Origin: Leucoraja erinacea
Lineage: Eukaryota
Direction of reading: 5' to 3'
Length of the DNA stretch: 64,000 nt
NCBI RefSeq assembly: GCF_028641065.1
Contig: NC_073391.1
Coordinates: forward strand, 39,184,001 to 39,248,000
The position numbers were made by a program, and so were the translations under genes. The notes below the pieces were generated by a model, which saw nothing but the letters and a program-made list of their open reading frames with translations, had not been told where the DNA came from and ran no database searches. This document shows positions 26,860 to 40,725 of this stretch, one piece after another. The number at the start of each line of letters is the position of its first letter. Position 1 is the stretch's first letter.

Positions 26860-28060
26860 TCTGAGAAACAGTTGCTCCAGTTGTCAAAGGGCATTGCTTT
26901 TCTCTTGTTGCAATTGACTCTGTTCTGCAATGCCAACTCAACTTGGTTGCAGATGCAGATAGAAACATAGAACCATGGAAAATAGGTGCAGGAGTAGGCC
27001 ATTCGACCCTTCAAGCCTGCACCGCCATTCAATATGATCATGGTTGATCATCTAACTCAGTATCCTGTACCTGCCTTCTCTCCATACCCCCTGATCCCCT
27101 TAGCCACAAGGGCCACATCTAACTCCCTCTTAAATATAGCCAATGAACTGGCCTCAACTACCTTCTGTGGCAGAGAATTCCAGAGACTCACCACTCTCTG
27201 TGTGAAAAATGTTTTTCTCATCTCGGTCCTAAAAGACTTCCCCCTTATCCTTAAACTGTGACCCTTTTCTGGACTTCCCCAACATCGGGAACAATCTTCC
27301 TGCATCTAGCCTGTCCAACCCCTTAAGAATTTAGTACGTTTCTATAAGATCCCCCCTCAATCTTCTAAATTCTAGCAAGTACAAGCCGAGTCTCAGATCA
27401 ATCTCATGGATCGGAGCAGAAGGTCACGGAGATGTTTTGATCTCAAAACTGTGCACCTCCTATGCCTGCGCGTTTCATGATGGGTTCAATGTAATATTCC
27501 CACCTATAATTACGAATATGTCAAATCTAATTGCTGATTCCCTCCCCAAAGCTCATTTTACTGTCCATCACATTGATGTGTCATATCCGGACAAAATTCT
27601 TCTTCTGGTCCATGCTGACCAGACAGCTGTCACCCCCCTCCTGCACATAGAGAATGGTATCTCTATACAGCGCAAGTCTGTCAAAGATTTCCTGCCGGGT
27701 GCAACAGAGGCCTGATTCAGCTGGCAATGAACGTGGACAGTATTCTGTACTCCACATTCAACTATAACATGGGTTTCCATTCAACATGTCCTCCTTCTCC
27801 CTCTTCTACTTGTAGTTGAAGGTAATACTGCCCTTCCTCATAGAATCCAACAAGCTGCCACACAGAAACATAGAGGTGCAGTGCACACTTGCAGCGAGTC
27901 TGGGCCAGTCCCTGAGAACCAGTTACGAGTTCCCTTATGGGTGTTTTCCCCGTATTGAACCCTGGTGTGCAGATACTGAGGAGGAGCCCAGAGTACAAGG
28001 CTCAGTGAAGTTTACAATCTTTCAGAGCGAGCCTAGTCTGCTCATCTCACAAGAGTAGTA
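26860..28060 (-). mobile_element. Tx1/L1-clade LINE RT fragment, split by a CR1 insertion
   Basis: Frameshifted remnants WKPML.LNVEYRILS (WRPISLLNVDYKILS), VAPGRK, VSMDQKK, SFGEGI and ICNQVELA...RVN..K.KAM.F.NW. Confidence 0.65.
26961..27392 (-). mobile_element. CR1 LINE 3' fragment
   Basis: ORF 27057..27305(-) FFTQRVVSLWNSLPQ; AGAAACAT tail. Confidence 0.88.
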
Positions 28061-29859
28061 TTTAAATCAACGACATAAGTATTGAGATGTTATTAAAAAG
28101 TTGTCGATGTTATAAAAATAAACTGAATGCAAAGATATTCTGTATTTTAAGTGAGCAAAGTACAACAAACTGAACACAAAGCTTGTGATATTTGCTGTAT
28201 AAACCATTGCTTAGAGCATCAATAAGGATTGAGTCGTATTAAAGACAGTTGAGGCGCCTTTTGCCCAGTTGACATCCTGTTAAAGTAAAGTGTCTGTCAT
28301 CACCCTGAACTTCCTGATTATATCCACTGGAGTTTTGTCAACTGATCCTCTGCTACACCTTTCATGGAGTCCAGTGGCAGGTTGCAAATCACCTGCAGTT
28401 CCCAAGTATTTGACTGAGGCTTGTGATCCCTGAACTGCCACAGGGTAGAAAAAGAACAAAAACAGCAACTCATTCATTCATACCGAATGTTGAGTCCCAT
28501 ACGGGACATATTTTCAAATTAAATTTACTGAATGTTTCAGTGGTTAGCAAAGCTGGGGTTGGGTGCTCAGCTGTTTTCAGATTGTTCTAATCCAGCACCT
28601 GATGAAGTTTACATCCCCAAAGCACTTCATCGGGCCTCAATGATAAGGATCTGGACAGCTTTTTGCAAATAATTATCTTGTGCATCTGCTCAAAATAAGT
28701 GTGGATTTAGTGGGTAGATTAGAAAATGTAAAAGGTGGCAGTCTCGTATGAACAGTGCAACTGGAATATTTCAATTCCACTGATTCAGGCAGACAGGGTG
28801 TCAGTTTCAGATCTCAGCCAGGAGATATCAGCAATGCAGAATTCATTCAGTGAAGCACCAAAGAGCCAGGGTTTTAGCTGCAGGCTCAAATCATATGAAG
28901 ACATTTTAATCTATGACATCCAAAGAAAGGTAAGAGTATTGCTCACCAGTCATATGAAGGTAATGCATACAAGTTAAAAGGAGCACCATGACTTCAAATT
29001 TCACATGTGTATTTTGAATAAAATCGTTGAGAATTCGCATTAAAGTTCAATTTATATGAAATTCTTAGTGCAATTGCAGAGAGACAATAGATCGTGTTCT
29101 CAAAGTAATCCTAACCATAGTTGGGCATAGCCATTGGCAGAAATGCTTTGTAGCCACTGGCAGAAAAGAATAGCAGATAAAGCCTTTGAAAGTTAATTAC
29201 TATAAAATAAAACCAGTCTTTATGAAGAAGATGAATGAACTAATCCTTAAATCATATCCATTTTCCAATAAAACTCACACATTGTCGAATAACCAATGTT
29301 CTTTCCTTGAATTATATTTTCTTTCGATGAAAGCATTCATATAACCCATGCCAGAAAAAATGATGAATTGCTGTCTTAGACAATTGGAACAAAAGCTTTC
29401 AAACACTTCTAGAAATTATTATTGATGGAAAGTTTGAGATATAATCGATAATTTTGACAGTAATCAGAAAACTAGAAAGCCAATCTACCGAGATTAATAC
29501 AACATCTTGGTTCACAAAAATTGCTTTAGTTTGGATAATGGAACTACAAAAACAATAGATTTAGAGAGTTGAGAGATTGGGGGGGGGGGGGGGGGTTGTG
29601 GGGTTAACTCAATGCAATTTTAATTGATGTTCAGAATTTTCATTAGCAGCAAGGAAAAGGTTGAGCATAAGAGAGGAGGAGATAATGGCATGTTAGAGAA
29701 ATCAGTTTCATGAATATAAAGGAATGGAATTGATGGAAATGCTCTGAGAGCCAGTCCAAACTAAATGGGCCAATCTTGTACGAATGAATAAGAATAGGTG
29801 AATCGCAAGACATTTATGGGGACAGAGTAACTATGTAAATGTAGGAGGAGGATGACAAA

Positions 29860-31440
29860 AAATCAGAACTAGCCCTTTGTGATACAATTAGAAAAGGGTG
29901 GGTATCTAAAATTCTTGAATTCAAAATTGATTTCTGAGAAGTGCAACATAATTGAGGTGGTCTTCCTTGAGCTTATTGTGGGCTTCAATGAAACAGTGTA
30001 AGAATGCAAAGACAGAGGGGTCAATATCGGAGTCAGATGAAGAGTGTGTCGGATGTGAAACTGGGATAACATTGAAATGGTGTGCGGGTGATCGTCGGTC
30101 AGTGCACACTCGGTGAGCCGAAGGACTTGCTTCCATGCTGTTTCTCTAAAAACTAAAGATTATTTCTCATCATTTTCACTAGCAGCAACATGATCCCATC
30201 ATCAGTCATATCTTCTACTTTTCTCCTCCTAGTTCATTCATTCCTCCCAACCCAGGTACTTCCCCTGCAACTACAGAAGGTACAACACCTTCCCCTTCAC
30301 CACCCTCCTTGGAACTAATCGGCTTTTCCAGGTGAGGCAAAGATTCACTTGTTCTCCTCCAATCTAGTTTATTGCATTTGTTGTTTTTGATATGGCCTGG
30401 AGGCCAAGTACAGACTGGGTGACTGCTTTGCTGAACATCTCCACTCTTACCACAAAGGCCTTCTTGACCTCCCGGCTGTGAACCATTTCAACTCCCCCTC
30501 CCTATTCCCACATAGACAGTGTGTCCTCCCCACCCTCCTTTATTACCAGATTCCACAATTAGCTACTGTTTTCTTCACTATCACCTCCCAACTTTGGCCT
30601 CTCACTACTCCATCCCCTTCCTCCCTCACCTGGCTCCATTGGCCAACCAACCTCACCTCGATCCATCAATCACTTGCAGCTCCTGCCTTCCTTTCCCCGT
30701 GGCTTTTTATAATGTCATCTCCCCTTTACACTCTCAGTCCTGATGCAGGTTCTTGACCCAACACACCAACTCTCCCTTTGCCTTCACAGATGCTGCCTGC
30801 TGCTGAATTCCTCCAGTAGCTTGATTTTTGCAAAGCGAGGGATGTATGAGAAAGTGTCCCCGTGAATTTGAGACAGGATGGAAGTTAGTAGCAAAGGTGA
30901 TAAAATTGACAAATTCTGCAGAGTGCAGGTTGCAACACCACTATGGTTGCCAATGTGGTAAAGAAAGAGTTGGGGAAGGTGTTAGAGAAGGTTTGGAACA
31001 AGGACCGTTCCATATTCCCAGAAAAAAAGACAGGCACAACTGTAGTCTATGCGATCCCCTGCACTATGCCTTTGATTTGTAGAAAATGGGAGGAATTGAT
31101 AGAGAAGCTGCTGAGAGTAAGAACAACTCTGCAAGAGGATGAGGGCGTTAGCATAGGGGACCGAGCTGAATCTTTGTTCCGGAAAGAAGCAGAAGGCCCC
31201 AAGACCTTGCATGGTGGCTGTGAAGCAGTTGTGGACAGACTACCTAAATTCGTTAAGGACAGGAGACAAACTATTCACCAGTATCCGCCTATTTGGAAGA
31301 AATCCATCAACATTTACTTTGAGAGTTGCGAGTGCAGGTGAGAAAGAAAGAAACTAAATCGGCTCTTGGATCCTTCTCCAAGTTACACCGACATAAATGT
31401 ATGGTAAGTTATGGGGGGTAGTCAGCACATCACACCCTGG
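29860..31440. mobile_element. Cluster of decayed Penelope-like element fragments in both orientations, plus a short V-SINE tail at ~30077-30155
   Basis: GIY-YIG-region remnants (RLGDCFAEHL, HFNSPS) and pLTR-type GATGCTGCCTG ends. Confidence 0.6.
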
Positions 31441-34074
31441 CTGACGAGGAATGGATTTTACATTCATTTCTATTTCACAGCTCTTTAACATTACAGGTTT
31501 TAGGTCCTCAACTGCTTGTCTAGGTATAATTTTCTTTTAAAAATATGGTGCTGTGTTTTGTCATTTAAGAGTGTGTGTGCCCCCACCACCGCCACACACT
31601 ACTTATTGACGCTAATATTTTTGTTCTCAAGTCATCTCTAATGCATCTAGCCAATTAATGTTAATCGATATCCTCAGTAACTGATTTCGGTCCCAAGAGA
31701 AATGCGTCCTTTCTGCTTTCTGCCTACACAGGCTAGACCTTTTAAAAAAGTGTACACTTAAATCAGTTCATTTTCGTCTGTCCGTAAAAAAAAAACCCTC
31801 ATTTTGACAGTTTCTGGTTTCTGATATATCATGGTTTTCCTATTCGGACAATATCCTCATAAATCTCCCCCGCACCCTCTCTAACGTTTTCACATTCTAG
31901 TCTAACTGATGCTATTTTCATTTCTACCATAATATACCTGTTCTTATATTCTGCAATTGATCCAAAAACGGATACGATCCTGTATATCTTCTTAACCACC
32001 TTTGCAACCTGTGTTTTGGAGACCCGTGGACATGCTCTCAAAAATGTTTCTATTCCTCAAAGTTCAGTCATACACCACCATTTACTGTATATTCACACAC
32101 TACACATTTCATAACCCCATTGATTTTAATGGGAATCGTAGGACTCTAGGGAAGAAAAGTAAGCTCCTTTATAAATTATGTATTCTGTTTGAAATGAGAA
32201 ACAATTGCTTTACCCGGAGGGGAATAAATCTTTGGAATTGTCTACTCTTGAACATTGTGAAGGCTCAGTTGCTGAGTATATTCAAAACAAAGTGATATAT
32301 TGATTTCTGGATATTAAAGGAATTAAGGGATATGGGGTCAATGGCACTGAGATAAAAGATCAGCCATGCTCTCAATGAACAGCAGGGAATATACAGGGGG
32401 CAGATGGCCTACTACTTTTAATTATGTGTGTTTTTCTCATTTGATCCTTTTTTTGATTTGTTAACATAATTTCACTTAATTAAGCTATTTCAAAAATGTT
32501 TACAATTTATAAAGTTTTGATGGCCTGAAATGCTGGGGGGCAGGTTTTGCTTTCAAAGCTGTTGGGGAGGTTTTGGCAATGGGACTTCTCTAAGGCATTA
32601 TTCTTGCACCTGCTCCCACTCAGACCTTCATTGCTGGATCCTAGAATACTTTTGGCCAAGGAACTAAGATCTCCCCAGCGACTTCCGGCAGCAATTGCAA
32701 GCAGCTTCATGTCAGCAAAAAACAAATAAGGAACTGAATATTCTATCATCCCCAGTTTACCAAATTATTTCATAACAAATTTCTGGTTAATGAGTTTGAA
32801 AGAATGAGAAGCTAAATTGTGCTTTTATCACAAACAAAAATATGCAGGAATAACCTTTCAAAATACAAGAAAATATTATTTTACATTTTCTCATTAAAAG
32901 AAACCACGCCAGCAGAATCTGAAACTGAACTCTTGTGCAATTTGCTTGTCTAGGTTACCTGTAGTAAATAATAAAAATTCTCCCTAATGTAAAAGTTGAC
33001 ATTAATAGGAATATTCTTACGATTCCCAAGACATAATTTTCCTGTGCTCTTGAAGCACAGGCGAAGTATGAGCTGCTTTGTGGAATAATTTACGGGTACG
33101 AATGTATGTAGTGTAATGCCAAGAGTTCTCGTTAATTTTTGCAAACAAATCACCAATATCCATATTTGCTGATTCAGTTCCAAGGAGGGGAACATGTTTC
33201 CTTATGACTTACCAGAGTAATATTACTGCATTTCCTAAAACATTCAGAGTCTATCTTGATGCTGGGCAATCAAACAACAAAAGCAGCAAACAATCTACAT
33301 ACATTTCCATTATGCTCCCAATTAAATCAGTTCTTCACTCTTACCATACACAAGTTAAAAGCTGTAATGTGCTCCCTACAAACTATATAGACTGTAACAA
33401 TTATTCAAAGCACATGAACACACAACATAATAAAATTGGTGAAAAGAGAACCTAGTCCAGCTGGTCCATCTCTTATCATCCTGCTAATCCCCTGATACAA
33501 TTAATCATGGCAATCAATCTTTATTAGCGAGTCTACAATGGGTCTAGACATACGGTATAAGAGCTTTGCGAACCACTATATCTAGGTCAGGAACCCAAGC
33601 TTGAATATGTCAAGTATCAAAGTATTTATTATGATGTTATTTACATTATTTTCCTAAAGAAATCAATCTAATTTACATTTGAATGAATAAAGCTTGTGTC
33701 CATTGTCTCCACAGGGAGTCTGGTCCATTCATTTACCACTCACCCACCACAATATTGTTTCTATTGATCATTTTGGAGATATGGCCCTCTGAACTCGACT
33801 CCTACTGTTCTGGGCCTACTGAAAATGTCATCTTCCCTTTAGATTCTTGAAATAAAAATCAAATCGTCTCTTGGTGTTTTCCATTTGTGGTGAGAAAGGT
33901 CAATTTACAATATCATTATTCAGAATCCAATCCCTCCTCTCCTCATTCATTCTGACAGTTGTGGCAAGAAAGAATCTAAGTGCAATTACAGCAGTGAACT
34001 CAATGGCTTAATGTTGACATAATTTATTCCAATATCTGATTGCTTTAATGCTGAACATTTTTTGCAACTGGTTT

Positions 34075-35680
34075 GATTTATGGTGTGCAAAAAACAAAGT
34101 GCTGGAGGAACTCAGCGGGTCAGGCAGCATCTATGGAGGAAGTGGACAGACGATGTTTCAAATCGGTGGGCTTTTTTCAGACCGATAGAGTGGGGAGAGA
34201 AAGCTGGAAAAGAGAGGTGGGGGTGGGATAAAGCCAGCCAGCCGACGAAATTGTCACCTAGTCCACCCTTAGCCCAACCGATGTAAAAGAGGTCACATTG
34301 GGTGAGCTGATAGCACGAGGCAATGTTAGAGGAGGTCTCACCTGGAAGGGCTGCTGGTGTCCCTGGATGGAAGTGAGAAGGGTATAGGAAGATGTGGTAC
34401 AGTTCCTGCTGCTGCAGGGGAAACTGCCCGGGGAAGACGCAGGTTGGTGGTGAAGAATGAGCGAACCAAGGAGCTGCAGAGTGGTATTGATGAGAGCAGT
34501 ATGGTCGAGATGATGAACATTCTCCAATTTCAAGTTAGATAATAATAATAATAATAATATAATAAATTTTATTTATGGGCGCCTTTCAAGAGTCTCAAGG
34601 ACACCTTACAAAAATTTAGCAGGTAGAGGAAAAACATGTAAGGGGAATAAAATAAATAGTAGAGACATGACTAGTACACAAAGTAAAGACAGAATTCAAT
34701 ACAAAACACAATATGAGGCAATTAATGCACAGATGAAAAGGGGACGGGACGTGGGGCTAAGGATAGGCAGAAGTGAAGAGATGCGTCTTGAGGCGGGACT
34801 GGAAGATGGTGAGGGACACAGAATTGCGGATTAGTTGGGGGAGGGAGTTCCAGAGCCTGGGAGCTGCCCTGGAGAAGGCTCTGTCCCCAAAACTGCGGAG
34901 GTTGGACTTGTGGATGGAGAGGAGACCGGCTGATGTGGATCCGAGGGACCGTGAGGGTTGGTTGGGGGAGAGGAGGTCAGTGAGATATGGGGGGGGCAGA
35001 TGGTGGAGGGCTTTGTAGGCGAGGATCAGGATTTTGTAGTTGATCTGGTGGGAGATGGGAAGCCAGTGAAGTTGTTTGAGGACTGGATTGATGTGATGCC
35101 AGGATTTGGTGTGTGTAATGAGTCGGGCGGCTGCGTTCTGGACCAGTCGGAGTTGGAATAGATCACCCTACCCTCCTCCCCACCATAGTCTCCTGCCCTC
35201 ATCTCCACCCTGCTGCACATCTATTTCTCCCATCATCTCTACTATCCATAGTCACCATGCTTCTCCCCCCCCCCCCCGCTCATCCCTCTTCCTCACATGC
35301 CATATTTCCCTTTACCCCATTTTCCATCACCCTTTTCCCTAGCACCCAGATCCCTCCCTCTCACTTTACATTTCGCTTTTCCTCTTCTTTCCTTATCTGA
35401 CACCCTTTTGTCCCCTTTTCACATTGCCTTTGTCACCATCTCCACCCATCTGCCAATCCTTCCCCTCTCACCTGCATCTACCTATCACTTGCCAGACTTT
35501 GCCCTGGTCCACATCTTTGTTCCATCTTTCTCCCCACGACTCCATCAGGCTGAAGAAGGATCCTGATCTAAAATGTTGTCTACCCATTCCCTCCACAGAT
35601 GCTGTCTGACCCACAGAGTTCTTCCAAAACTGTTTTTTTTTTGCTTAAGAATTAATTATCTGCAGTTTCTTGTGCATGGA
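34075..35680. mobile_element. Penelope-like fragments interrupted by an L2 insertion
   Basis: pLTR motifs at 34090-34185 and 35545-35680; QGHQQPFQVR remnant; pyrimidine-rich 3' region. Confidence 0.6.
34540..35150 (-). mobile_element. L2-type LINE 3' fragment
   Basis: (ATT)n tail, GTCCTTGAGACTCTTGAAAGGCGCCCATAAAT 3' stem; AFSRAAPRLWNSLP and HITP remnants. Confidence 0.75.
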
Positions 35681-35909
35681 TTTATCATGAACCTGATTTC
35701 ACATGTAGTTTTTTTACTTGTTAACGTTGGTTTCCTGACTTTCCTTTGTCACGGTGTGATTCATTTCTCCATACTGAATTTCAAGTGCTCTTTAGTTCCG
35801 TTGGTCATCCAATTTCATTTTCATGGGCATATATTCCCAGTCAATCTTCCCTTTACCTATTTCCAGTAATAACCAATGTCTATTTCTTCAGCACTAAATC
35901 TACCACTGT

Positions 35910-36130
35910 AGCACCATAGAGGTCAAGAACAGCACGGGTTTGGTAATATCCCCATCTGCTGGTTCTCTCCAGGCTACAAACCAACTTGATTTGGAAATGT
36001 ATCGCATTTTTTCAGCATCATAAAATCCTGCAACACCTGATATAACATCAACTGGAAGGATTGCAGAGGTTCAAGGCAGTAGCTCACCACCACCTTCTCA
36101 AAGGCTGTTAGGGATAGATAACTATTGGAT
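35910..36130 (+). mobile_element. Old L2-like LINE 3' end
   Basis: GGTTCAAGGCAGTAGCTCACCACCACCTTCTCAA...TTAGGGAT tail typical of elasmobranch L2-like elements. Confidence 0.55.
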
Positions 36131-36189
36131 TCACATCACAAAAATAAATTAAAAAACATATGCCTTCCTTCAAAATATTACTACATATG

Positions 36190-36870
36190 TTTAATCAAGG
36201 TACAGTGAAAATCTCTCAATTTACATCGTATCCAGTCAAAAAACGACTATACATGATTATAATCTGGCCACAGTGCAAAAATAAAGTATAAAGGGTACAA
36301 CATTTAGTGCAAGATAACAGTTGCAAAGAAACCGTCCCCACGCATCTTCAAACTTGTGTACCTCATTCCCGATGGGAGAGGCAAGAAGAGGTACTGACTG
36401 GGGAGAGACTAGTCCTTAATTATGCTGGTGGCCTTGCCGAGAGAGCGTGAAGTATAGATTGAGTCAAAGGAAGGGAGGTTGGTTTGTGTGATGATCTGGG
36501 CTACATCCACAGCTCTCTGCAATTTCTTGCAGTCCTGAATGGAGCTGTTCACAAATCAGGCTGTGATGCATCCTGATAAAATGTTTTCTACCGCCCATCT
36601 GTACAAGTTGGTGAGGGTTGATGGGAACATGCCGAACTTCCAAAGCCTTCGAAGGAAGCAGAAGCGTTGGTGTGCTTTCTTGGCCATAGCTTCGTCCAAC
36701 ATCTGGCTGGTCCAGAACAAATTGCTGGAGATATTTATTACTAGGAACTTGGAGCTTTTGACTATCTCTACTTTGATGCCCTATATATTTTGTATCCCAG
36801 GGTGTGTGTATTGCTTTGCTTCCTGAAGTCAATGACAATCTCCTTTGTCTTGCTCACATTGAAGAAGTGG
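36190..36870 (-). mobile_element. Rex1/Babar-type LINE 3' fragment
   Basis: Closely similar to 25530-26260. Confidence 0.8.
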
Positions 36871-36871
36871 T

Positions 36872-37760
36872 AAGACAATTGACAATAGATAATAGGTGCA
36901 GGAGTAGGCCATACAGCCCTTCGAGCCAGCACCGCCATTCACTATGATCATGGCTGATCATCTTTGCTATGTTATACTTTTCTTATTTTTACACTGCCCG
37001 TGACTTCCCTTGTCAGCCACAGTCGCCTCTTATTCCTCTTAGGATCTTTCTTCCTCTTTGGAATGAACTGATCCTGCACCTTCTGTATTGTTCCCAGAAA
37101 TACCTGACATTGTTATTCCACAGTCATCCCTGCTAGGGTCTCTTTCCAGTCAACTTTGGCCAGCTCTTCCTTCATGCCTTCATTGTCCCCTTTGCTCAAC
37201 TGCAATTCTGACACTTCCGATTTTCCCCGTCTCCCTCTCAAATTGTAGATTAAAAAGTATCATATTATGGTCATTACCTCCTAATGGCTCCTTTACCTTG
37301 AGTTCCCTTTTCAAATCCAGCATTACACAACAGTAAATCAAGAAATGCCTTCTCCCTGGTAGGTTCCAGTACAAGTTGCTCTAAGAATCCATCTCGGAGG
37401 CACTCGAGAAACTCCCTTTCTTGGGGCCCAGTACCAACCTGATTTTCCCCAGTCTACCTGCATGCTGAAATCTCCTATAATCACCGTAGCATTACCTTTG
37501 CTACATACTAATTTTAACTCTCGATTCAACTTGCACCCTATATCCAGGCTACTGTTTGAGGGCCTGTAGATAAATCCCATTAGGGTAGTTTTACCCTTAA
37601 TATTCCACAGTTCTATCCATACATAATCTACACCTCCTGATTCTATGTCACCCCTCGCAAGGGACTAAATTTCATTCCTCACCAACAGGGCTACCCCACC
37701 CCCTCTGCCCACCTGTCTCTTTTTGATAGGACATATACCCCTGAATATTCACTTCCCATG
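36872..37760 (-). mobile_element. CR1 LINE fragment (endonuclease region joined to 3' tail by an internal deletion)
   Basis: IYRPSNS, IIGDF and LGGNDHNMI motifs (ORFs 37338..37580, 37180..37374); CR1 tail at 36880-36960. Confidence 0.8.
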
Positions 37761-37808
37761 TTTCCTTTTCTTGAAAAAATATTTTCAATAACAAGTCGGA
37801 ATAAAGTA

Positions 37809-38422
37809 CAGTGCCCTCCATAATGTTTGGGACAACGACCCATCATTTATTTATTTGCCTTTGTACTCCACAATTTGAGATTTGTAATTTTAAAAAAATC
37901 ACATGTGTTAAAGTGCACATTGTCAGATTTTATTAAAGGGTATTTTTTATACATTTTGGTTTGACCATGTAAAAATCACAGCTGTGTTTATACATAGTCC
38001 CCCCATTTCAGGGCACCAAAATGTTTGGCACACATGGCTTCACAGGCGTTTGTAATTGCTCAGGTGTGGCAGAGCATCATCAGAGAAGACACCCAGCAAC
38101 TGGTGATGTCCATGAACAGCAGACTTCAAGCAGTCATTGCATGCAAAGGATATGCAACAAAATACTAAACATAACTACTTTTGTTTACATGACATTGTTG
38201 TGTCCCAAACATTATGGTGTCCTGAAATGGGGGGGACTATGTAAAACACTGCTGTAATTTCCACATGGTGAAAACAAAATGTATAAAAATGGCCTTTATT
38301 AAAATCTGACAAGGTGAACTTTACTTACATGTGGTTTTTTCTATTACAAATCTCAAATTGTGGAGTACAGAGGCAAATAAATAAATGATGGGTCTTTGTC
38401 CCAAACATTTTTGAGGGCACTA
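37809..38422. mobile_element. Tc1/mariner non-autonomous element with ~230-bp TIRs
   Basis: TA|CAGTGCCCTCCATAATGTTTGGGACA ... TGTCCCAAACATTTTTGAGGGCACTA|TA; remnant transposase C-terminus (AVIACKGYATKY). Confidence 0.88.
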
Positions 38423-39193
38423 TAAAGTACTAGAATGATTTATATCAGCAGTATGCAAGTACTGCATTAGTATTGCTAAATGATGCTGCATAATATACTA
38501 CACCAGAGGACTTAATGCTTGTGCGATTTTACAAACACTGCTAAGTATAACAGTGCATAAATTTACCTGGACCATTGGGTAGAATTACATAGCTGCCAGT
38601 TAAGAACACAGGTTCAATAGAAAGGTTTTAACACATCTTTGTAAATTTCAAAAATATGCAGTGCAGCTTCATTTAATTCAGCTCCTTCTCTCTTCCACCC
38701 ACACCATTATCATACAGTTCAAATGGCTTCTTCACTACCACTTAGTGCTGCAATATATCTATGCTAGGTTCAGTACAAGTAACACTGCTGAGGAGACATC
38801 ATCCTTTTAAATATCATTATTTTCCATTATAAATGCTTGTTTTACAGTTCATGCAAGGTGTATTATTTTGAAGACACGAACTCCCAAAAAGTCAATGTGC
38901 GAAGCACAAGTTGAAATAAAGTGTCATTTTATTTTATTTGTGCATGGGATGTGTGCTTAGTTTGCAAGGCCTTTGAAATGCCAATGGTGAGCACTTTCTT
39001 AAAAAACTACAGTGTGATTAAATTGCAACCAGTGATTTTGGGTTGTGATTTCCAGGGCTTTTGCAACAATAGCAACGAGGAAGCAGCAGCAATGTATTTC
39101 CAAGCTGCAGGGGGTATGTAACCAAGAACATGGAGGAGTCCCTGGTTACACACCATCCCATCTATAGAAGGTAGAGTTCTCAGATTGGGGTGC

Positions 39194-39478
39194 TTTAGTT
39201 TAATTTTTAGTTTAGAGATACAGCACGGAAACTGGCCCTTTGGCCTATGCTGATTAGCAATCCCTGTACACAAACACTATCGTACACACCAGGGACAATT
39301 TACAATTTTCAGCTAAGCCAATTAACCTACAAATCTATACGTCTTTGGAGTATGGGTGGAAACTGGAGCACCCGGAGAAAACCAATGTGGACATGGGGAG
39401 AATGTACAAACATCCGTAGCCAGGATTAAATCTGGGTCTATGGCGTTGTAAAGCAGCAACTACCGCTGTGCCATCGTG
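39194..39478 (-). mobile_element. V-SINE (HE1-like)
   Basis: V-domain and tail. Confidence 0.8.
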
Positions 39479-39769
39479 ATTTTATCAAAGCTTTGGCAGG
39501 TTGCTGTAAGCATCCTGCAGATGTCGTACCTATCGCAATAATTTTCTATTGATGGGACAAACATGTGTGATACATGAACATTTCCAGCCATGGAAATTAA
39601 TTACGTGACTCATCAGTTAATTTTTTGCTGATCTCCAGGATATTGATTTAGGGCAATTTAGTAATGGTACCAATTTCAATGCCAGGTTGTTAGGCTCTAT
39701 CACATTCAAAATAGTCATTTCATGGCTTAAATGGTAACAGTTAACAGCCCAAACCTGAATGTTGACGAG

Positions 39770-40135
39770 AGAAGCAAAAGACGGAAATGTTAGTTTCTGG
39801 AGCAACAAACCATCTTCTGGAGGAACTCGGTAGGACAAGCACAGTCTTTGGCTGAAAGCGATGGTTTGCTTTTCAGGTCACAAACTGGCATCAGGTATGT
39901 GCGGAAAGGGAAGACAACCAGTATAAAGAGGAGAGGGGAAGTGGCGAGACAGGGGCTAGTGGGTGATTGGTGAACTGAGGAGGGGTGAAGGATGACAGGC
40001 AGATCGAGCCAGGCAGGAGAGGGGGAGGGATGGAGTCGGGACACAAGGGCAATGGATGAAAGATTAAATCAGAAAAAAAAGCCAATTACAACCAGGCAGG
40101 TGGAGCAAGAGTGAAGGAGGGGAAATGTAGGTGTC
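39770..40135 (-). mobile_element. Penelope-like 3' region / pLTR, decayed
   Basis: TGGAGGAACTCGGTAGGACAAGCA and purine-rich tract resembling the other Penelope copies. Confidence 0.5.
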
Positions 40136-40725
40136 TTCACCATCCCCCTCCCCTCCCTTTGCCTGAATGTTGACTCACTATTTCCTCAAGCAGGCAGACT
40201 GATTCAATTGGTTTAAGTTAAAAAACAATTAAACTGAATACCATGCATTAAATAGTGAACATCTGCTTCGTGTTAATGAATACTGATACAATTCAACCAT
40301 CAATGAACACTTACTTCTGAATTTATGATGGAGGTAAAGTGATTGATTAAGCAGTTGGTAGGATCTTTGTCCAGGTTTGGAGCAAGCACTGTGTGATTGA
40401 GGTGAATATTTGTGCCAAAACGTAGGTTTTTGGTGATTACATGCCACTGAATATCAACAACATATTTCATCATTTGGGTTAGGAGTCAGACAGCGTGAGT
40501 AGATCAGTTTAGATTTATCCTGATGCTTCCGCACATTTGCACTCACCAGGGCAATCTTTTATTTATTGAGATAAATGCCAATTTTCCGATGAACTTGTCA
40601 GTAATAAAGCGGGTCTGCACCATGCATTCAGGGTTGAAGTCGGAATGTTACTAGAACCATATTGCATCAATTGACAAGGGCACCCACACACAGTCATACA
40701 TTTAAAAAAAAACATTAAAAAGAGT

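Noticed and set aside
32945-33195. Minus-strand ORF ending at a CAG|GTAAC donor in intron 1
   Set aside because: No homology to PHYHIPL isoforms I know, non-protein-like composition and no promoter features.
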